Assembly: GCA_963825135.1 (NCBI GenBank)
Contig: CAWGRW010000009.1
Location: 1,856,001 to 1,920,000, forward strand
Direction of reading: 5' to 3'
Source of the DNA: an uncultured bacterium
GTDB taxonomy: Bacteria > Desulfobacterota_D > UBA1144 > Nemesobacterales > UBA2774
Length of the DNA: 64,000 nucleotides
Shown here piece after piece: positions 57,504-64,000 of the stretch. Position 1 is the first letter of the stretch, and each line of letters begins with the position of its first letter. The notes under the pieces were generated by a model. The model had not been told where the DNA came from. It made no database searches and was given only the letters and a program-made list of their open reading frames with translations. Position numbers and translations under genes: made by a program.

Positions 57504-58790
57504 TTATTTCAGTTTCAGTTCCTGTCTAATCTTTTTAATGTCGTAGTAAGGTTCTCCGCGCTCCCTGGCGAGTTTATAAATATTTTCGAGCTCGATCAAT
57601 ACCAGATTGAGCTTTTTCCTGCCATCGGTTGTTACGGTAGCTTCTCTGGGCGTCAAGCCACTCAGCACGGCTAGCGGCATGTCCACCCATTCGGCGTAGT
57701 ATTCGTCTAATTTCTTGTCCAGCTCCTTTTTACTTTTTACTCCCGGGGGCAGTCTGTGCAGTTTGCCGGCTTCTTTTTTCGTTTTGTCCGCGTATGATTC
57801 GATTCCCTTTATATTGTCTTCAAGGTGTTCTATAAAACCTCTGAGCTCTCTCTCGATCGTCGATTTTGCGGTATTCAGCATTTCAACGGAATAGGAAACT
57901 ATTTTTAACGTATTGTCGTCGAGCTCTAAAGAACCTGCTATATAATTTCCTCCCCCGTTCTCCAGACTGAATACCCTGATCTCTTCGTTAGTCCCGCTTA
58001 TCTGTTTGAATAGCTGTATTCCCTCGAGTTTTTCAAGCGTTTTATTCCTGTCCTTTACTTTGTATGTCGCCGACGCCAGGACTAACTCCTCGCCTTCGGG
58101 CGTAATCAGCCGAAGATTATTTGCAAGATAATCGGCATAGCCGGAGATCTTATAGCCCAGGTCTCTCAGGAATGTCTCTTTATTGCCGCCTTCGTCAAGG
58201 GATTTTGCGTAGAGATCGAATTCTCTGTCGAAATAATCGAGGATGATATTTTTAAACGCTGCCGGATATGCGGATACGATCCCCGAGAAATATGTGTCTG
58301 TCCCCGCCTTGAGGGGCCTTGCCCCTATGATATCCGAGGTCTTAAGCTGCTTAGATGCTGAAGAGTCGCGGATCCTGTATTCTTTGTTAAAGAACAGGTC
58401 CCTTATATCGCAGTATCCGCCCGGCGCTATTTCTATGATTTCGAAAAAACTGTATAGGCTCGCGAGCCACCCCTTTATTATGGATTCTTCCGGATGGGTG
58501 AGAGTTTCTCGCTCCTCATTATAGAATCGCTCTATTACCCTCTCGCCCGTATCGAGCAATCTGAAGTCGTGAAGGAACCAGTCGAAGAACTTCTCGAAAG
58601 TGATATCCCCGATCCGCTCGTCTATGACGTCATCCGCAATAAAGTCGGGGTCGTCCTTCCATATGTAAAAGGCTTCCCCCAGCTGGGACTGTATCTCCGG
58701 GCGCTCGGAATACTCGACCAGCTTCGCGCGGAGATCGCTCCCCGCCTGATCGAATTTGTATTGTGTGATATCGATTACTTTATCTTTCAT
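57504..58790 (-). CDS. Hypothetical protein (resembles SEC-C-associated proteins; C-terminal MbcA/ParS-like W...P...L.G.TP.EA motif)
   Basis: 428-aa ORF; F.DWF..D, S.FEI; C-terminal WVDMPLAVLSGLTPREA; no SEC-C Cys motif. Confidence 0.65.
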   Translation of the reverse strand: MKDKVIDITQYKFDQAGSDLRAKLVEYSERPEIQSQLGEAFYIWKDDPDFIADDVIDERIGDITFEKFFDWFLHDFRLLDTGERVIERFYNEERETLTHPEESIIKGWLASLYSFFEIIEIAPGGYCDIRDLFFNKEYRIRDSSASKQLKTSDIIGARPLKAGTDTYFSGIVSAYPAAFKNIILDYFDREFDLYAKSLDEGGNKETFLRDLGYKISGYADYLANNLRLITPEGEELVLASATYKVKDRNKTLEKLEGIQLFKQISGTNEEIRVFSLENGGGNYIAGSLELDDNTLKIVSYSVEMLNTAKSTIERELRGFIEHLEDNIKGIESYADKTKKEAGKLHRLPPGVKSKKELDKKLDEYYAEWVDMPLAVLSGLTPREATVTTDGRKKLNLVLIELENIYKLARERGEPYYDIKKIRQELKLK

Positions 58791-58930
58791 ATTGAAATTA
58801 TATTTTCGCTCCGCCAGCTGTCAATTGACAAAGGGCCTCCCGGGTCTCAATGAAGGGTCCGAACTATCGTCGGGGGACGCTTTTGGGGCGGTCATTCCCG
58901 GGCCTCGGCAGCATGGTCGCTGTTAACCTT

Positions 58931-59395
58931 TCACTCGGCCTTTCCGAATTCACTTTCCAGGTACCCTCGTCTGAAATCGAATATCTCTCTCAGCTGTCTC
59001 TTCACTAAGAGTTCATGGGCGATATCCCCCACCAGACCGAGGGGCAGGGCGTAATGCACCAGGTCCCGGACCTCGACGCCCCCGCTGATTTCTCTGAAGT
59101 GATGCTCGTGGTGCCAGAACTCGTAAGGGCCCAGGCGCTGGTCGTCCACGAAATATTCGGGCTCTTCCACATGGGTTATCTCCGTAACCCACCTCACGGG
59201 CAGCCCAAAAAACGGTGTAACTGTATATATCAGGATGAGTCCGGGGTATATCCTCCCGGGCGCCTCCGACGTGATCTTAAACCCGAGCCGGGGAGGGGTG
59301 ATTTTCGTCAGGTTAGCCGGATTCGAAAAGAAATCCCAGGCCTCATTTAGAGTTATGGGGATATCAAGAGTTCTCTCTAATACGTGTAATTTCAT
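58931..59395 (-). CDS. SRPBCC family protein
   Basis: AWDFFSNP.NL.KITP, W.TEITHV....YFVD.Q..GPY.FWHHEH.F, IF.FR; ATG 59395 preferred over 59419. Confidence 0.88.
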   Translation of the reverse strand: MKLHVLERTLDIPITLNEAWDFFSNPANLTKITPPRLGFKITSEAPGRIYPGLILIYTVTPFFGLPVRWVTEITHVEEPEYFVDDQRLGPYEFWHHEHHFREISGGVEVRDLVHYALPLGLVGDIAHELLVKRQLREIFDFRRGYLESEFGKAE

Positions 59396-59609
59396 ATGGT
59401 TACATGGTCCGTGTCTCAAGGAGAGGGCTCGCCCCGCCCGAGTGCGCCGGATATTCGGTCTCCAATGTCATGGTTACAACGAGTTAGTTTACCGGATGGG
59501 GCAAATTCTGTTTCCGCGATTCTCCCGGAGCGCCTCGTGAGAAAAGTTTATGCCGCTGGATGTAGCTGCTTTTGATAACCGACTTTCCTATGTATAATCC
59601 TCTCTCACT

Positions 59610-60920
59610 GTGAAAATTATCAAAATCAACAGGGGCAATCTGGCGAAGGAAGTAGAGGGTTTACGGAGGGGCTCATCCGTTTCCGACCCCTCGCTCGAAG
59701 CCTCGACCAGGAAAATAGTGGAGGACGTCAGGAAAAACGGGGACAGGGCGCTGTTCAAGTACACTAAGAGGTTCGACAGAGTGGCGCTTACGGGTAAAAC
59801 CGTCAGGGTATCCAAAAAAGAGTTCCGGGATGCCCGCTCGGCCGTCCCGAAAAGACTGATGGAAGACCTTCATAAGGCTGCAAAGCGCATCAGGGATTTT
59901 CACAGGCTCAAACTCCCTTCGGAAAACACGTTCAGGGACACTCTCGGAAACGAGCTCGGCTGGGTGATAAGGCCTATAGAGAGGGCGGGACTGTATGTCC
60001 CCGGAGGGAAGGCTGCATACCCTTCGACGGTGCTAATGACGGCGATACCGGCAAAGGTGGCGGGCGTGAAAGAACTTATGCTTGTCACTCCCTGTCCTGA
60101 CGGTGAAATAAATCCCGCTGTTCTCGCCGCAGCAGAGATTGCGGGCGTCGACTCCGTCTACAAGGTCGGCGGCGCCCAGGCCGTGGCGGCGCTCGCTTAC
60201 GGAACCGGGTCGGTTCCAAGGGTGGATAAGATAGTAGGCCCGGGAAACATTTACGTCGCTATTGCGAAGAAGCTCGTCTTCGGAGTCGTGGATATCGATA
60301 TGATAGCCGGGCCGAGCGAGGTGCTCATCATCGCCGACGGCAGCGCACCCGCCGAATGGGTCGCGGCCGACCTCCTGGCCCAGGCCGAGCACGATGAAAT
60401 GGCCGTTCCCATGGTCGTCACCGATTCACCAGGCTACGCGAAGGAAATAGACAGAGAGGTCTCCCGGCAGCTCCCCAAACTCGAGAGGAGGGCGATTGCC
60501 GGGGTATCCGTGAGGAAGCAGGGAAGGATATTCGTCACCGGCAACCTGGAACAGGCGATAGGTCTTGCGAACATGCTCGCGCCCGAGCACCTCGAGCTTT
60601 GCGTGAAGAAACCGAAATCGATCCTTAAAAAGATAAACCATGCGGGGGCTATATTCCTCGGCTCTATGTCGACCGAGGCTTTCGGAGACTACATAGCGGG
60701 GCCGAGCCACGTTCTGCCCACGGGCGGCGCCGCCAGGTTCTCATCCCCGCTCAGCGTCTACGATTTCCTCCGGATGCCGAGCGTAATCTCCATTTCCAGG
60801 AACGGTTTCGATTCGCTTTCGGATTCCGTCATGAACCTCGCCTACAGTGAAAAGCTCGAGGCCCATGCCCTCTCGGTAGCCGTGAGACTCGACGCCGCCC
60901 GGCGCTCCGGATTATCCTGA
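59610..60920 (+). CDS. hisD: Histidinol dehydrogenase
   Basis: GLYVPGG.AAYPSTVLM, GGAQAVAALAYGT, GPGNIYV, IDMIAGPSE, QAEHD, APEHLEL, GDYIAGPSHVLPT. Confidence 0.98.
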   Translation: MKIIKINRGNLAKEVEGLRRGSSVSDPSLEASTRKIVEDVRKNGDRALFKYTKRFDRVALTGKTVRVSKKEFRDARSAVPKRLMEDLHKAAKRIRDFHRLKLPSENTFRDTLGNELGWVIRPIERAGLYVPGGKAAYPSTVLMTAIPAKVAGVKELMLVTPCPDGEINPAVLAAAEIAGVDSVYKVGGAQAVAALAYGTGSVPRVDKIVGPGNIYVAIAKKLVFGVVDIDMIAGPSEVLIIADGSAPAEWVAADLLAQAEHDEMAVPMVVTDSPGYAKEIDREVSRQLPKLERRAIAGVSVRKQGRIFVTGNLEQAIGLANMLAPEHLELCVKKPKSILKKINHAGAIFLGSMSTEAFGDYIAGPSHVLPTGGAARFSSPLSVYDFLRMPSVISISRNGFDSLSDSVMNLAYSEKLEAHALSVAVRLDAARRSGLS

Positions 60921-60959
60921 TCATAAAAGAATGAGAGAATAGTTCTCCCGCTGCTCAAT

Positions 60960-62063
60960 ATGCCGGAAAAAGCAAAGGAAAAGGGAAAATCGAAAGGTAA
61001 GGGCCTTCCGGAATCGAGGGTAAGGGGGGAAATTAGACGCCTTTCGGCTTATTCCGTCCCTAACATTGAGACCCGTATCAAGCTTGACGGCAATGAAAGC
61101 CCGTTTCCGCTCCCCCCCGAAGTCGCCGACAAGGTTTTCGACAGGCTGCGCTCCGTCGATGTCAACAGGTATCCGGACCCCGAAGCAGCGGAACTGCGTA
61201 GACTGATCTCGGGGATAAATGGTTTCCCTCAGGGCGGGATACTCCTGGGTAACGGCTCTGACGAGCTCATCGGCATGCTCATCACCGCGTTTTCAGGCGG
61301 TACCGGAAGAATACTCTATCCCGCTCCCACGTTCTCAATGTACGGCATAAGCGGGCGCGCGCTCGGCACGGAGGTGCTCGAGGCGGAGCTCGACGGTAAT
61401 TTCGATCTCGACATGGACAGGACCGCGGGCCTGATCGATAAAAAAGACCCGGACCTCATTTTCCTCGCCTCCCCGAACAACCCCACGGGCAATGTGTATT
61501 CGGCCGATAAAATACGGAAGATAATAGGTCTTTCGAAGGGCATAGTCGTCATTGACGAGGCGTATTCGGATTTCAGCGGCTACACCTTTTTACCGTTAGT
61601 TAAAAAGCACGAAAACCTTATAATACTCCGCACACTTTCCAAGGTCGGGTTCGCGGGCCTGAGGCTCGGCATACTCTACGGCCGGGAAGACCTCGTTCAC
61701 GAGATAAACAAGGTCAGGTACCCCTACAACATTAACTCGCTCACACAGGGGGCTGCTGAAGTAGTCCTCAGGAACCACGAATTCGTATCCGAGAACATAC
61801 AGCTGATAGTGAGGGAGAGGGACAGGGTGTATAAAATACTTTCCGGGCTGACGGGCGTGGAGCCCTATCCGAGCGACGCCAACTTTATACTCTTCAAGGT
61901 CGGGGACGCCGACTCCGTTTTCAATGCCCTCATAGAGCGGGACGTGCTAATAAGGAATTTCAACAGACCCGGAAGGCTCGAGAACTGCATGCGCGTAACG
62001 ATCGGGACGCCATATGAAAACGACTCTTTTCTGAACGCCCTACGGGATATTCTTTCGCCTTAG
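60960..62063 (+). CDS. hisC: Histidinol-phosphate aminotransferase
   Basis: KLDGNESP, NRYPD, GNGSDELI, SPNNPTG, DEAY, RTLSK.G.AGLRLG, R.TIGT. Confidence 0.96.
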   Translation: MPEKAKEKGKSKGKGLPESRVRGEIRRLSAYSVPNIETRIKLDGNESPFPLPPEVADKVFDRLRSVDVNRYPDPEAAELRRLISGINGFPQGGILLGNGSDELIGMLITAFSGGTGRILYPAPTFSMYGISGRALGTEVLEAELDGNFDLDMDRTAGLIDKKDPDLIFLASPNNPTGNVYSADKIRKIIGLSKGIVVIDEAYSDFSGYTFLPLVKKHENLIILRTLSKVGFAGLRLGILYGREDLVHEINKVRYPYNINSLTQGAAEVVLRNHEFVSENIQLIVRERDRVYKILSGLTGVEPYPSDANFILFKVGDADSVFNALIERDVLIRNFNRPGRLENCMRVTIGTPYENDSFLNALRDILSP

Positions 62064-63602
62064 CCTCACAACCGCCGCGAACCCCGCCCAGAACAGCAGG
62101 CATGCCGCGGGAAAGACATCGCCGACTCTCGTGTACAGCGTGAGCCCCCCGTTCATGAGCCCGACCTCGCTTTCGAGGTTAGTTCTGACGAAAATAGGGG
62201 TCTTCGCGACCACTCTTCCAACGGGGTCGATAACTGCGCTTATCCCCGTGTTGGTAGATCTCAGGAGGTACCTCCTGGTCTCGACCGTCCTCGGAATGGA
62301 AATGAACATGTGCTGATAAGGGGCTACCGTCCTTCCGAACCACGCGTCGTTCGTGATGTTGACTATCAGGTTCGCTCCCTTCTCGACAAACCTCCTGCTG
62401 AATGACGGGATTATGTCCTCGTAGCAGATTATGGGCGCGATCCTCGCCCCCTTGTCCTCGATCTCGAACAGGTTGAGCTCTCTGCCGGGGGTGAAGTCCC
62501 CCGAGGCGGGGCTTATATTCTTGAGCGCCGGTATCAGGTTCGTGAACGGCAGATATTCGCCGAATAAAAGGAGCTTGATTTTATGATACCTTCCCATGAT
62601 CACGCCGTCTGAATTGGTGAGGAAAGCTGTGTTGTACATTGTGAGGTTTTCATTCGTCAATACCTCGACATCAGGGTCCTTCGGGGTGAATGACATTCCG
62701 CCCACTATGAAGTATTTCCCGTCCATTCGGGGAACGCCCATTTTGTCTCCGACCAGCAGGTAGGCGGAATCGGTCGGGAACCACGCCTGGATCGCGGTCT
62801 CGGGCCATATGATGAGGTCTGCGGACTTGAGGTCAAGAGACATCTCCTTATGCCTGTCCGTCACCACCTCTTCCTGGCTCTCCGATTTCTCGAGGAAGTC
62901 AAAATTCGCCTGCACCATGCCTATCTTGAGCTTGGGCGCCTCGGCGATCTCCCTGTCGACCACGTCTATCCTCATGTACCCGTAAACGAGAGTCAGCACG
63001 ACGAGCGCGAGCGCGAGCGCTATCTCTCCGGTCGGCAATGGTGATTGCCCGATCGCCCTTTTCAGCACCCTCATGAGCGCGACGTTGACGACGACTATTA
63101 TAAAGCTCAGCGCATAGACGCCGAACAGGTCGAATATCTGGATGACCGGTATATAATCCGCCTGCGAATTTGCGATTCCGTAAGGGAAAAGGAACGGGAA
63201 CAGGTATTCGATCGATGTCCAGACGGCCGCGACGAGGAGGACCGATACGACGCCCGGCTTCCCGAGGAACCCGAGTCTTGTGACTATGTATGAAAATATT
63301 GCGTAAGAGAGACCCGAGAACGCGCTCAGCGCTATTATAAACAGGACGCTCACCGCGATCGGAAACCCCCCGAACCTGCTGAGGGTTCCTATGAGCCAGT
63401 ATGTGCCCGCGAAATTGGATATGAGCCCGGCGAGAAGCCCGAGCTTGAACGCGTCTGACCCCGACTTATTATCTATCGCCCAAAAAAGAGGGATGAGGAG
63501 CACCCAGGCGAGTATCCCCGTGTAGGGGATCATGAACGTGAGCGGGTACAGCACGCCCGTAAGGGCCGCTAAGACGAGGTCGTTCCTGCTTATCCTGTTC
63601 AT
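62040..63602 (-). CDS. lnt: Apolipoprotein N-acyltransferase
   Basis: N-terminal TMs; QAN, IIWPETA, YN, K..LLLFGEY.P, ICYE, NITNDAWFG, RSTNTGISA; start at MNRISR (63602) avoids overlapping lgt. Confidence 0.95.
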   Translation of the reverse strand: MNRISRNDLVLAALTGVLYPLTFMIPYTGILAWVLLIPLFWAIDNKSGSDAFKLGLLAGLISNFAGTYWLIGTLSRFGGFPIAVSVLFIIALSAFSGLSYAIFSYIVTRLGFLGKPGVVSVLLVAAVWTSIEYLFPFLFPYGIANSQADYIPVIQIFDLFGVYALSFIIVVVNVALMRVLKRAIGQSPLPTGEIALALALVVLTLVYGYMRIDVVDREIAEAPKLKIGMVQANFDFLEKSESQEEVVTDRHKEMSLDLKSADLIIWPETAIQAWFPTDSAYLLVGDKMGVPRMDGKYFIVGGMSFTPKDPDVEVLTNENLTMYNTAFLTNSDGVIMGRYHKIKLLLFGEYLPFTNLIPALKNISPASGDFTPGRELNLFEIEDKGARIAPIICYEDIIPSFSRRFVEKGANLIVNITNDAWFGRTVAPYQHMFISIPRTVETRRYLLRSTNTGISAVIDPVGRVVAKTPIFVRTNLESEVGLMNGGLTLYTRVGDVFPAACLLFWAGFAAVVRLRRKNIP

Positions 63603-63682
63603 GGGGGATAAAAGATACCCAACGCGCATACAATGGAAAGGAAGGTATGGTTCGAGTTTAACTACCTGAGCCGTTTGTTGAA

Positions 63683-64000
63683 TTACGCCTTTTTCTTCTT
63701 CCCGGGCTTTTTGGGGCTTGCGGTCTCTGCCGCCGTTTCGCCTGCTGTATTCAGGGCGTAGAGCTTGTATGCGCCTATAACTATCAGCAGAACCGCCATC
63801 AGCTGAGCTACGGAGAGGCCGGGCACGGGGCTCGGCGTCGTGCTCCTCAGGAACTCTATCAGGAATCTTTCGAGTCCGGCTATGATGAGGTATATGGAAA
63901 AAAGCCACCCGGCGGGCTTTTCCTTTTTTCTTATCTTCCATATGAATACGAACACGACCGACATTATTATTATTTCATATATCTGGGTCGGGTGGACCGG
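63683..64000 (-). CDS. lgt: Prolipoprotein diacylglyceryl transferase, C-terminal part (5' end outside the window)
   Basis: From 64000: PVHPTQIYE...G.LF..YL...GLERFLIEFLR...SVAQ; adjacent to lnt. Confidence 0.9.
   Translation of the reverse strand, partial: PVHPTQIYEIIIMSVVFVFIWKIRKKEKPAGWLFSIYLIIAGLERFLIEFLRSTTPSPVPGLSVAQLMAVLLIVIGAYKLYALNTAGETAAETASPKKPGKKKKA

Noticed and set aside
65..63293. Numerous short opposite-strand or off-frame ORFs in the track (e.g. 3515-4114, 6806-7378, 17807-18316, 55287-55778)
   Set aside because: They are shadows of well-supported genes and carry no family motifs.
63603..63941. 113-aa N-terminal extension of Lnt in the ORF track
   Set aside because: It overlaps the lgt coding frame and has no Lnt-like character; the start at 63602 is more plausible.

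Overview
Bacterial chromosomal window; the Deltaproteobacteria/Thermodesulfobacteriota-like affiliation is inferred only from the look of the housekeeping proteins. 1-6.8 kb: end of the spc/alpha ribosomal operon (rplO-secY-adk-map-infA-rpmJ-rpsM-rpsK-rpsD-rpoA-rplQ). 6.8-11.1 kb: an LLM oxidoreductase, a TIGR01777-like epimerase, pdxH, ubiE/menG and metF. 13.5-16.9 kb: a module with two Fur-box promoters (small Cys/His protein, candidate structured RNA, outer-membrane porin, FMN-binding protein with a TGAT flavinylation motif, His-containing membrane protein). 17-21 kb: a sigma54 promoter and a c-di-GMP-I riboswitch ahead of secreted DNRLRE/beta-helix proteins. 21-57 kb: a large exopolysaccharide/surface-glycan locus with a D-glucuronyl C5-epimerase, many GT4/GT2 enzymes, a deacetylase, a GNAT, an SGNH protein, three GT-C proteins plus GtrA/GtrB, Wzm/Wzt, Wza/Wzc, two Wzy_C/ligase-family proteins, and a WecA-type initiating transferase fused to two tandem MshEN-like c-di-GMP-binding modules. 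57.5-64 kb: hypothetical protein, SRPBCC, hisD, hisC, lnt and partial lgt. Top candidates for something new: (1) an EPS system possibly gated by c-di-GMP at two levels (WecA-MshEN fusion plus riboswitch) that may make an iduronate-containing polymer; (2) an iron-regulated porin/flavinylated protein/membrane redox module. Two single-base frameshifts may be assembly errors. No tRNA, rRNA, CRISPR array or transposase was seen. All calls are by eye; no searches were run.
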